Virus record (IMG/VR): IMGVR_UViG_3300018080_000113
Location: 64,097-128,096 of that record
Reading direction: 5' to 3' (one strand)
Length of the DNA stretch: 64,000 nucleotides
DNA from: a virus
Taxonomy: Duplodnaviria; Heunggongvirae; Uroviricota; Caudoviricetes
The notes beneath the pieces are model-generated. The model had not been told where the DNA came from. It worked only from the letters and a program-made list of their open reading frames with translations, and did not search any database. A program made the position numbers and the translations under genes. Positions within the stretch are counted from its first letter, which is position 1, and the number at the start of each line of letters is the position of its first letter. This document shows positions 56,676 through 64,000 of the stretch, in pieces.

Positions 56676-56863
56676 AACTTATTAATTATAAATGTAATAA
56701 ATGTGGTCGTGAAATTGAACGTATATGCCAAGATAGCGAATGGAAAAATATGGTAGATAATGAGGAATATGTTGATCTTGGTTTTTGTGAATGTGGTGGT
56801 ACCTTAAAGAGATTTAACTTTAAGAACAACAAACAAAACTGGAAATTTTTCGATGAGCGCTAA
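56672..56863 (+). CDS. zinc-ribbon small protein
   Basis: CNKCGR ... CECGG. Confidence 0.4.
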   Translation: MKLINYKCNKCGREIERICQDSEWKNMVDNEEYVDLGFCECGGTLKRFNFKNNKQNWKFFDER

Positions 56864-57113
56864 AGAAAAACCAGTCAATTATGAAAAAATATATCAGCAT
56901 CTAGAAGACAATGGATGGGAAAACAATTGGTCAGACTGTCGAGGCAGACAATATATAAAAGAATCTATTGTGATTGATGTAGATAAAACAATTCAAAAAG
57001 TTAGTTTTAGTACAGGTTGGTCCTGGGAAGAAGAAAAACTTAATGTAAATTTTTCAGTACCATTCAAGGATTTTAAAAAAAACTTTACAAAAAATAGATT
57101 TACTTTTTGCTGA
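56853..57113 (+). CDS. hypothetical protein
   Basis: 86-aa ORF. Confidence 0.4.
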   Translation: MSAKEKPVNYEKIYQHLEDNGWENNWSDCRGRQYIKESIVIDVDKTIQKVSFSTGWSWEEEKLNVNFSVPFKDFKKNFTKNRFTFC

Positions 57114-57148
57114 TTTGTTAAGAACATATAGCGAAAGTGATATCTAAA

Positions 57149-57222
57149 GGGCCTGTAACTCAGCTGGTCAGAGTACCCGATTCATAACCGGGTAGTCCTT
57201 GGTTCAAGTCCAAGCGGGCTCA
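57149..57222 (+). tRNA. tRNA-Met/Ile2 (CAT)
   Basis: Acceptor GGGCCTG/CGGGCTC. D-stem ACTC/GAGT. Loop TTCATAA. T-arm CTTGG TTCAAGT CCAAG. Confidence 0.8.
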
Positions 57223-57234
57223 ATAAGGAACAAA

Positions 57235-57432
57235 ATGAGCAATATTCTTAATGTAGTAACAAAATCTTTAGGAGATCCTGGTATCAGCCAAGCAAGACTT
57301 ATATCTATACTTGAAGATGCCAAAAGAGAAGATAAAGAAGGGCTTAGTAAGCTTTTAAAAAACTTTTATGCAATTGAACTTTCTAAAGGTGTACCGTCAA
57401 GTAGATATGATTTACTTAAGGGATATATGTAA
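57235..57432 (+). CDS. hypothetical protein
   Basis: Internal ATG of ORF 57199..57432, placed after the tRNA. Confidence 0.4.
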   Translation: MSNILNVVTKSLGDPGISQARLISILEDAKREDKEGLSKLLKNFYAIELSKGVPSSRYDLLKGYM

Positions 57433-57435
57433 TGA

Positions 57436-57509
57436 GGCCACATAGCCCAATTGGCAGAGGCAAGGGACTTAAAATCCCTAAAGTAAGAGTTCGAATCTCT
57501 TTGTGGCTA
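57436..57509 (+). tRNA. tRNA with anticodon TAA on a short-variable-arm (class I) scaffold
   Basis: Acceptor GGCCACA/TGTGGCT. Anticodon arm AGGGA-CTTAAAA-TCCCT. T-arm AAGAG TTCGAAT CTCTT. Confidence 0.65.
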
Positions 57510-57525
57510 TAAAGGAGTAAAACTA

Positions 57526-57708
57526 ATGGCAAGAGATAATTGTATAGCTAGTTTCATATTGAGATATGGAAGTATTGATGGCGCTCATCATAAGCAATGG
57601 GTTTTGGATCAAGTCTTAAAGGTTTTGCTTGAAGACAAATACGAAGAAACGATTAAAGAATATGAATCTGATGGAGAATACGAGTGGAACAAAGGAATTG
57701 CACCATAA
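57526..57708 (+). CDS. hypothetical protein
   Basis: 60-aa ORF. Confidence 0.35.
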   Translation: MARDNCIASFILRYGSIDGAHHKQWVLDQVLKVLLEDKYEETIKEYESDGEYEWNKGIAP

Positions 57709-57719
57709 AGGAGAATAGC

Positions 57720-58415
57720 ATGAGAGAAAACGAAGACCTAAAAGAAACTGAAGCTAAAACGGAAGAAGAAAAACCTAAAAGTGCAGTCGAAGCTCTAAAA
57801 GAAGCTTTCGATGACTATGTAGTTGAGTCTAGTCATCTTGTTTCGTACCCTTCAGCAATGCTTAGAACAAAATGTAAAGAAGTAAATATTGAGAAAGATG
57901 ATTCTGATTATTCTTATCATGAAGTTATTGATGATATGACAAAATTTCTTTTTGATTTTAATGCTCTTGGTCTTGCTGCTAACCAAGTTGGACATGATAT
58001 GCGTATTGTTGGTATTTGGGCCGACCAAAAGAAACTTCCTCTCTTTATGATTAATCCTAAAATCACAGACAAGGGCGGAACAATGATTGGTCCAGAGGCT
58101 TGTTTGAGTTTTCCTGGTGTTTTAGTTGATGTTAAGCGTTCAGCATCAATTACAGTAGAATATTACGATACTGACGGCGAGAAACATACTGAAGATTACT
58201 TCGGCAAAGAAGCAATCGTTATTCAACATGAAATTGATCATCTTGAAGGTATTACTCTTGTCCAAAGTGCCTCTAGGGTTTATCGAAGTAAAATCATGAA
58301 AGACCTAAAAGCTGGTAAGCGAAAGATGGTTAAATACGCAAAACTTCAAAAGAAAACAAGAAAACTTGAAGAATTTCTCAAAGAAGCTGACCGGCCAGCA
58401 GCAGAGGCTACATAG
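57720..58415 (+). CDS. def: peptide deformylase
   Basis: GLAANQVG, EACLSFPG and QHEIDHLEG are the three PDF motifs. ATG 57720 after AAGGAG. Confidence 0.75.
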   Translation: MRENEDLKETEAKTEEEKPKSAVEALKEAFDDYVVESSHLVSYPSAMLRTKCKEVNIEKDDSDYSYHEVIDDMTKFLFDFNALGLAANQVGHDMRIVGIWADQKKLPLFMINPKITDKGGTMIGPEACLSFPGVLVDVKRSASITVEYYDTDGEKHTEDYFGKEAIVIQHEIDHLEGITLVQSASRVYRSKIMKDLKAGKRKMVKYAKLQKKTRKLEEFLKEADRPAAEAT

Positions 58416-58440
58416 ACCTGTGATAGAATTACCATAGGAG

Positions 58441-58713
58441 GTGATTCGTGTGGCATTTGAAAAAACCCCATTAGCAAGTAAAAAGTTTATTGCATTTTTC
58501 TTCTCTCTATTAGTGCTAGCAGGTGTTTTAGTAACAGCATTGCTTACTCAAACATTCGGTTGGGCAATGGTTGCTTTTATGAGTGTAGGAATCCTTGGTG
58601 TATGCACCTTGGCAATTGGATACATTCTGCCTCAGGCAGCATTAGATAAGTTTATAAGAGGAGTAGCTGGATTGAAAGGGACATTTGATGATTCTAGAGA
58701 ACATACTGAATAA
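58441..58713 (+). CDS. membrane protein (GTG start; the true start may be the GTG at 58450)
   Basis: AGGAGG at 58435-58440; two TM helices. Confidence 0.4.
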   Translation: MIRVAFEKTPLASKKFIAFFFSLLVLAGVLVTALLTQTFGWAMVAFMSVGILGVCTLAIGYILPQAALDKFIRGVAGLKGTFDDSREHTE

Positions 58714-59071
58714 GTTTAAAACTTATCCTTGGTGGAAGAAAGCTTTGTTATTTGTTCCTTTTCTTCTTGCTGTAATTGTTGTGGCATTATTCGTAACAAA
58801 TAAAGATTCTGTTAGTAACGACAAGCTAGTTAGTCATAGTAAAGGAAAAACTGATAAAGAGATTGATGATTTTGCTAAATCTATGAAAAGCTTGAAAAAG
58901 CAACGTAAAGAAATAGCTAAGAAACGAGAAGAAATTAGAAAGGAACTGACAGATGCAAAAGATGATTATATTTCTGTTGCTAATGACATTGACAATGCTG
59001 ATTCCAACAATCTCGATGTCGTCGCCCAAAAACTTAGAGCTGACGCCGCCAATAACAGACACGGATCTTGA
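58685..59071 (+). CDS. membrane protein with coiled coil
   Basis: 128-aa ORF. Confidence 0.4.
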   Translation: MMILENILNKFKTYPWWKKALLFVPFLLAVIVVALFVTNKDSVSNDKLVSHSKGKTDKEIDDFAKSMKSLKKQRKEIAKKREEIRKELTDAKDDYISVANDIDNADSNNLDVVAQKLRADAANNRHGS

Positions 59072-59453
59072 TTTAGATATTGTTTTACCGCTGGAAATCA
59101 AACATACAGTAGACGGACAGCTTCTGTATTCTTATATTCCTGACAGTTTTAGACTGGTCCTTAAGATCTATAAAAACTACACAGTATTAGCAGAAGCACA
59201 TGTTCTTCTAATGAATGATTTAGACACTCTTGAAAAAGATAATGCTTTGCTTCTTAATGGATTGAGTAAGTGTATTGTGGTCTTAGAGAAAACAGATGAA
59301 GACAGAGAGTTTATTTACGATCTTAGAGAATCTGATCTTGCACAAATGGAAAACAATAAACGGAAACAAACAATCAAAACAGTTTTGTTTACTAGCGGTG
59401 GAGTAGCCGTAGGAGTTGGTATTGGTATTTTAATTGGTATTTTTGCTATATAA
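58953..59453 (+). CDS. membrane protein (start uncertain; overlaps upstream ORF)
   Basis: 166-aa ORF with N- and C-terminal hydrophobic segments. Confidence 0.35.
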   Translation: MQKMIIFLLLMTLTMLIPTISMSSPKNLELTPPITDTDLDLDIVLPLEIKHTVDGQLLYSYIPDSFRLVLKIYKNYTVLAEAHVLLMNDLDTLEKDNALLLNGLSKCIVVLEKTDEDREFIYDLRESDLAQMENNKRKQTIKTVLFTSGGVAVGVGIGILIGIFAI

Positions 59454-59468
59454 AAACGAGGTATAAAA

Positions 59469-59648
59469 ATGAAAAATGGCGATACGGTTTTGGTAATGTT
59501 GTCTGATGGCAAATGGCAAAAAGGAGTAGTTAGTATAGTACTTAAAAAATTGGTAGATGGCATTAATCTAATGACACTAGACCAATTTGACGGTGCTCTT
59601 ACGATCAATTGGAATAATATTGTATGTGTTAAAGAAGTAAAGAAATAA
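59469..59648 (+). CDS. small hypothetical protein (59 aa)
   Basis: ATG 59469; not in the ORF track because it is under 60 aa. Confidence 0.3.
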   Translation: MKNGDTVLVMLSDGKWQKGVVSIVLKKLVDGINLMTLDQFDGALTINWNNIVCVKEVKK

Positions 59649-59743
59649 ACAAAATCATGTTATCTGTTGTTATGTGCTTGTTATTATTGTTTATTTCTAT
59701 TATCATTTTTATTATGACATGTTCATTGAAAAAATAAATTTCT

Positions 59744-59815
59744 AGCGGAGTCGACGAGTGGTTCAGTCGGGGGTCTCATAAGCCCCATACGTGGGTTCGA
59801 ATCCCACCTCCGCTA
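59744..59815 (+). tRNA. tRNA-Met (CAT), second copy
   Basis: Acceptor AGCGGAG/CTCCGCT. Anticodon arm GGGGT-CTCATAA-GCCCC. T-arm GTGGG TTCGAAT CCCAC. Confidence 0.75.
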
Positions 59816-60015
59816 CTTGAGTTGTTATAGTAGCAATCATCATATAGTAGGCCTAAAATGTATGATGCCCATAAACTATAATAGTTTCGGTGTTTTCACG
59901 ACTCACGAAAAGATTTGTAAGAACCTAGGAATCTTACAATGAATTCAAAACACCATCTAGGGAAGGTATACCGTAACTGGTAGCGGGCGGGGCTGATATC
60001 TGATATAATACCTAT

Positions 60016-60501
60016 ATGAGAAAACGTACAGGAATTATATCTACAATATCAACTGAGAAACTAGAACAAATAGTTTTAAGTTCTTTGTCGTTAAAAGACG
60101 TACTAAGAAAACTTGGTTATGGTCCTAATTCAGGATCAATGTTTTATAGGCTTAAAGAGAGACTAGAGAAAGAAAATATTTCGACAATTCATTTCTCAAA
60201 GTGTCTATCTATAAAAGCTCAGAAATATAAGCTTTGTGATATCTTAGTAAAAGACTCCAAATATACTAATATATGGAGACTAAAGAAACGGTTAATAAGC
60301 GAAAAGATTCTTGAAGAAGTTTGTTCTATCTGTGGACTAAAACCATGGTGGAATGGTAAAGAATTAAAACTTCAACTAGATCACATTAATGGTATTTCAA
60401 ATGACCACAGATTAGAAAATATTCGACTTGTTTGTCCAAATTGCCACTCTCAAACAGAAACATTTTGTGGTAAAAACAACAGTCGATACTTGGCGGATTA
60501 G
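60016..60501 (+). CDS. HNH homing endonuclease
   Basis: QLDHINGISNDHRLENIRLVCPNCHS HNH motif; its 3' end abuts tRNA-Tyr. Confidence 0.65.
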   Translation: MRKRTGIISTISTEKLEQIVLSSLSLKDVLRKLGYGPNSGSMFYRLKERLEKENISTIHFSKCLSIKAQKYKLCDILVKDSKYTNIWRLKKRLISEKILEEVCSICGLKPWWNGKELKLQLDHINGISNDHRLENIRLVCPNCHSQTETFCGKNNSRYLAD

Positions 60502-60576
60502 CCCGTTAAGGAGACGGAGCAGACTGTAAATCTGCTTGGCCTATGCCACTGGTAGGTTCGATTCCTACATCCGCCA
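60492..60576 (+). tRNA. tRNA-Tyr (GTA), class II with long variable arm
   Basis: Acceptor GGCGGAT/ATCCGCC. Loop CTGTAAA. Variable hairpin GGC-CTAT-GCC. T-arm GTAGG TTCGATT CCTAC. Confidence 0.8.
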
Positions 60577-60720
60577 CTTCTCAGCAACTCTGTGCCTTCG
60601 GGCTCTGTAGGTTCAAGTCCTACCCTTCCCACAAGTAATGATATATGGTTTAGGTGGTCTATAACGCCGCCACTCCTGGCGGAAACATGGGTTCGAGCCC
60701 AACCATGAAGCATAAAGGTT
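60577..60720 (+). other. tRNA-like fragments (orphan T-arm GTAGG TTCAAGT CCTAC; degenerate tRNA-like with TTCGAGC loop), unresolved
   Basis: T-arm consensus is present but no complete cloverleaf could be built by eye. Confidence 0.3.
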
Positions 60721-60735
60721 TTATATCTGTATTAT

Positions 60736-60818
60736 GGGAGCGTAGCCGAACTGGTATAGGCACAGGGTTTAGGCCCCTGGGTGGCAACACCGTGAGAGTT
60801 CGAGTCTCTCCGCTCCTA
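60736..60818 (+). tRNA. tRNA-Leu (TAG), class II
   Basis: Acceptor GGGAGCG/CGCTCCT. Anticodon arm CAGGG-TTTAGGC-CCCTG. Variable hairpin GGTG-GCAA-CACC. T-arm GAGAG TTCGAGT CTCTC. Confidence 0.8.
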
Positions 60819-61016
60819 CTAGATAGATTCATAAATAAGGTCAATGCAGAACGCCTGATGCATAAGGTCAATTCTGGGAAGGGATAGACACAACAGCTTG
60901 CACGCTGGGGCAATTCGAAACTGTAAAGCAGCTTCTGGCCAATCTAGCTTTACGTACCTAAAGTGTCGGAATCTATCTTATAAAACCATTTTTCCCAAGT
61001 GGTGAAAATGGTTTTT

Positions 61017-61088
61017 GGGGCCTTAGTTTAATTGGGAAAACACAACCCTTGCACGGTTGAGTAGAGAGTTCAAATCTCTCAGGCTCCA
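61017..61088 (+). tRNA. tRNA-Ala (TGC)
   Basis: Acceptor GGGGCCT/AGGCTCC with G3:U70. D-stem GTTT/AAAC. Anticodon arm CAACC-CTTGCAC-GGTTG. T-arm GAGAG TTCAAAT CTCTC. Confidence 0.8.
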
Positions 61089-61127
61089 CAATTGTCGGTT
61101 CGAACCCGACTGGAGACTCAAAATGTT
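61089..61127 (+). other. orphan T-arm/acceptor fragment (GTCGG TTCGAAC CCGAC TGGAGAC) directly after tRNA-Ala
   Basis: Mini-helix-like duplicate of a tRNA 3' half. Confidence 0.3.
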
Positions 61128-61133
61128 TTGTAT

Positions 61134-61205
61134 GGGCAACTAGCTCAATGGTAGAGCATTCGCTTGATAAGCGAAAGGTTCCTGGTTCGATCCCAGGGTT
61201 GCCCA
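61134..61205 (+). tRNA. tRNA-Ile (GAT)
   Basis: Acceptor GGGCAAC/GTTGCCC. D-arm GCTCAATGGTAGAGC. Anticodon arm TTCGC-TTGATAA-GCGAA. T-arm CCTGG TTCGATC CCAGG. Confidence 0.85.
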
Positions 61206-61217
61206 CAAGGAGAACCA

Positions 61218-61445
61218 ATGTCTAGATCAAGGAAAAAGATTTCTATTTGTGGAGCTACTACTGGTCGTTCTGAAAAACATGACAAGAGAATAGCAAATAG
61301 AATATTTCGAAGAAAAGAAAAAGCAGCAATTCATCACGAAAAAGACCCACCTGAAAATATAAATGAAGTATCTGATATTTGGCTATTTGATAAAGATGGT
61401 AAATTTTATTTTGACGAAGAATGGCCGAAAAGAATGAGAAAGTAA
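61218..61445 (+). CDS. hypothetical basic protein
   Basis: Internal ATG of ORF 61164..61445, with AAGGAG SD, after tRNA-Ile. Confidence 0.45.
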   Translation: MSRSRKKISICGATTGRSEKHDKRIANRIFRRKEKAAIHHEKDPPENINEVSDIWLFDKDGKFYFDEEWPKRMRK

Positions 61446-61559
61446 AATTCCTTTATAGAAACGAAATTCAAGAAAAATTTTTGTGCGGAAAAACAGTTTT
61501 GTAGTATAGTATAGAGTGCTTGCGTAGAATTAGAAAAGAAATAGGAAGGTATAATTACT

Positions 61560-63761
61560 ATGAAAATGAGAGAAAGCGACAGAGAAGTTCAACGTGGCGG
61601 AGATCTTACTGAAACAATGTTTGGAATCTCCAACAAAGATTCAGCACATATCCTAACTATTCTTAGAGATAAACTATATTCAAACAAAATATTAGCAGTA
61701 GTACGAGAATACTGTACTAATGCTCAAGATGCTCATGCAGAGATCGGTATTACAGAACCAATCGTTGTTTCGCTTCCAAATACTCTTAATTCTACATTTA
61801 GAGTAAGAGATTACGGCCCAGGCCTGTCAGAAGATGATATTAGAAATATTTATGTTATGTATGGCGCAAGCACAAAAAGACAAAGCAACAAAGTTGTTGG
61901 TCAGCTTGGTTTAGGCTGTAAGGCTGCTTTTGCGTATACTGACAAATTTAATATTACCTCTTGGCAAAATGGCGAAAAGAAAGTCTATTGTGCCTATATT
62001 GATGAAACTGGTGTTGGTAAGATTGCATTGTTGGCATCAGACACTAGCAATGAACGAGATGGCATTGAAATTCAAATTCCTGTTAAACAAGTTGACTATT
62101 ATTCTTTTGGGCAAGAAACAAGAGAATTATTGAAGTTTTTTGAACCTATTCCAAGATTGTATGGAGGAAACCAAGAACCTCTAGAAAAAACTAAGTATAG
62201 TCTTGAAGGCCAAGTAGATTCGATAAAGTTTGGCATGGTTGATAGCAACAACCAGAATGCTTATAATTCTCGTTCTTATTTTCATACAACTGTAATTATG
62301 GGTGGCGTACCGTATAAAGTAAACAGTAACGAAATTAGATCAACAATAGAACAAGATAACAATCAAAACTACTATGACTATGAAAAATTCTTTCGTTTGG
62401 GAGTACATTTTTTCGTAAACATTGGAGATGTAGATGTAGCTGCTCATAGAGAGGCACTTGAATATACAGATAGAACAAAGAAAGTACTTCTGTCGTATTT
62501 TATGAAAGCAAGAGATGAAGCTTTAAAAATAAAAGCAAAACAGGTTTCTGCTGTCAAAACATACAAAGAAGCAAATGAACTTTATTGTTCTATTCAATGT
62601 GATGGAGTATTCTGGAGAGATATTGTTATCAACCATTCTTGGAACAATAAAAAACTAGATGGAAAGATTATTCCTGACAATGATGTCCTTACTATTTGGT
62701 ATCCAATTAAGAAAAGCAATGGACACCGATGGGTAAAAATAAATAGTATACCTTGTGGTTCTGTAAATTTGTTCATGGTTGACAATGTAAAAGGATGGAA
62801 ACAAAAGATGGGAAATTGGCTAGAATATAAGCCAAATTTATCTTTTTCTAAAGTCTTTATTTTAGAACGCACAACTGAAGATGACAAAGAATGGAATGAT
62901 TTTTATGAAGAAAGATGTATTGATGAGTATGAAATAACACCTATCTCTAAATGCATCGTACCAAAAGAAGAATTAGATAAAATTAGAGGCACAAAAAGAA
63001 TTGCTAAGCGAATATCTTTTAGTCATGTTGGCAATGTTTTTGTATTGAAAGATAGGCAGAACAGAGAATATTCTACAACCAAATCAAAAGACTGGGAAAG
63101 AATCAAAGAAATACCGGACTCTGAAAAACACTATGTGGTATTAGATAGATTTTTTGTTATGTGTAATGGTACAGAAATAACTATTAGACAATTTGAGAAA
63201 ATGTTAGCCATAGCAGAAAGCCTTAATTTCAAAATTGATAAAGTTTATGGAGTAAAAGCAAGCCAAGAAGAAAAGCTAGACGATACTTGGAAGCCATTGA
63301 TTCCAGAAATAAAAGCTGTTATTCAAAAATCAAATATGTTACAAAGTTATATAAACATTGATAATTTTGAGAAAGAAACTCCATTGCAGCTTTTTTCGTT
63401 TATAGGTTTAAAAGCAGAATTTCCAAAAGGATCTATTGCAGATAAGCTAATTAAAAAAACAACTAAGCTAGTAGAAGATATACGAGCAAACAACAGTATC
63501 GAACGTAACAAAGATATTTTTGTGTTGCTTGGTCTATGGGACCAATTAACCAGAATAAAACCAGACTATAGCTTAAAGGAATTAATTCAGGATGCAAAAA
63601 ACACCTATCCATTAACTGCAAAACTTGGTATTTTCCCTGGTGCTAAAGGAGGATATGGCTATAGTCTTAATTATCGTTTAAGCAAAGTTGCAGCACCTGA
63701 TATGCAGATAAGAGATGTAGCACCAAGCATTGTTGATTATGTAACATTAATTGGAAAATAA
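61560..63761 (+). CDS. rIIA: rIIA-like protein with N-terminal GHKL-type ATPase fold
   Basis: 733 aa, the same size as T4 rIIA. N-box-like REYCTNAQDAH, G1-like VRDYGPGLS, G2-like GQLGLGCKAAF. Confidence 0.5.
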   Translation: MKMRESDREVQRGGDLTETMFGISNKDSAHILTILRDKLYSNKILAVVREYCTNAQDAHAEIGITEPIVVSLPNTLNSTFRVRDYGPGLSEDDIRNIYVMYGASTKRQSNKVVGQLGLGCKAAFAYTDKFNITSWQNGEKKVYCAYIDETGVGKIALLASDTSNERDGIEIQIPVKQVDYYSFGQETRELLKFFEPIPRLYGGNQEPLEKTKYSLEGQVDSIKFGMVDSNNQNAYNSRSYFHTTVIMGGVPYKVNSNEIRSTIEQDNNQNYYDYEKFFRLGVHFFVNIGDVDVAAHREALEYTDRTKKVLLSYFMKARDEALKIKAKQVSAVKTYKEANELYCSIQCDGVFWRDIVINHSWNNKKLDGKIIPDNDVLTIWYPIKKSNGHRWVKINSIPCGSVNLFMVDNVKGWKQKMGNWLEYKPNLSFSKVFILERTTEDDKEWNDFYEERCIDEYEITPISKCIVPKEELDKIRGTKRIAKRISFSHVGNVFVLKDRQNREYSTTKSKDWERIKEIPDSEKHYVVLDRFFVMCNGTEITIRQFEKMLAIAESLNFKIDKVYGVKASQEEKLDDTWKPLIPEIKAVIQKSNMLQSYINIDNFEKETPLQLFSFIGLKAEFPKGSIADKLIKKTTKLVEDIRANNSIERNKDIFVLLGLWDQLTRIKPDYSLKELIQDAKNTYPLTAKLGIFPGAKGGYGYSLNYRLSKVAAPDMQIRDVAPSIVDYVTLIGK

Positions 63762-63771
63762 GGAGAGAAAA

Positions 63772-64000
63772 ATGAGTTATCCATACATTATGACAGACAC
63801 ATCAGTAACAGTAATTATTGATTTAAAACCATCAACAATTTTGCCAGAAGAAAATGGCTATACAGAAATTCGCAATGCTATTATTGGTCAAGACTGGGAT
63901 ACTGTTGCCAAGCTTGTCGATAAAGAAAAACTAATCTCTAACTTTTCAATAGGTAATATTGAAGTAAAAGATGGTTGTGTATATTTTCATGGAGAAGAAA
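63772..64000 (+). CDS. rIIB: rIIB-like protein, 3'-partial at window edge
   Basis: ATG 63772 after AAGGAGAG; immediately follows the rIIA-like gene as in T4. Confidence 0.35.
   Translation, partial: MSYPYIMTDTSVTVIIDLKPSTILPEENGYTEIRNAIIGQDWDTVAKLVDKEKLISNFSIGNIEVKDGCVYFHGEE

Noticed and set aside
60498-61218. Minus-strand ORFs 60498..60713, 60659..60913 and 60973..61218, and plus ORF 60654..60887
   Set aside because: They span the tRNA gene cluster. Translations such as GFEPTIVEPERFELST are the classic antisense read-through of tRNA T-arms.
1-64000. CRISPR array, integrase, transposase or attachment-site search
   Set aside because: No regularly spaced identical repeats with unique spacers and no recombinase-like ORFs were seen. 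tRNA-adjacent repeats are explained by the Y-RNA module family and tRNA fragments.

Overview
The window reads as part of a large, low-GC tailed-phage genome with Shine-Dalgarno-led genes. Positions 1-15714 are a minus-strand virion/morphogenesis block: partial protease/scaffold-like gene, portal/MuF-like protein, large terminase split by a LAGLIDADG intein, Gly-rich virion proteins, a GroES-like co-chaperonin and Hsp20. Positions 15720-18650 are a compositionally foreign, GC-rich, repeat-dense switch region containing iteron-like CCTATAT repeats, a GT/AC low-complexity tract and a hairpin array. From 18.6 kb onward a long plus-strand block carries many small early genes, including a secreted S1 protease, lipoproteins and membrane proteins. 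The remainder is an unusually rich auxiliary island. It holds a phage-encoded tmRNA. It holds a complete Preiss-Handler NAD+ salvage cassette (pncB-nadE-pncA-nadD) with macro-domain and SLOG/DUF2493 proteins nearby. It holds an RNA-repair toolkit (Thg1-like, KxHG RNA ligase, two metallophosphoesterases, P-loop kinases). It holds an Rsr (Ro60) gene followed directly by an array of at least 9 Y-RNA-like Ro-binding modules, four of them embedded in uniform ~125-nt tRNA-like scaffolds (YrlA-like). It holds at least 11 canonical tRNAs, peptide deformylase, an HNH endonuclease and rIIA/rIIB-like genes. It also carries a secreted multi-domain SGNH esterase / CE4 deacetylase with thrombospondin-type Ca-binding repeats and a (Thr-Asp)n microsatellite. 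No CRISPR array, integrase or transposase was seen.
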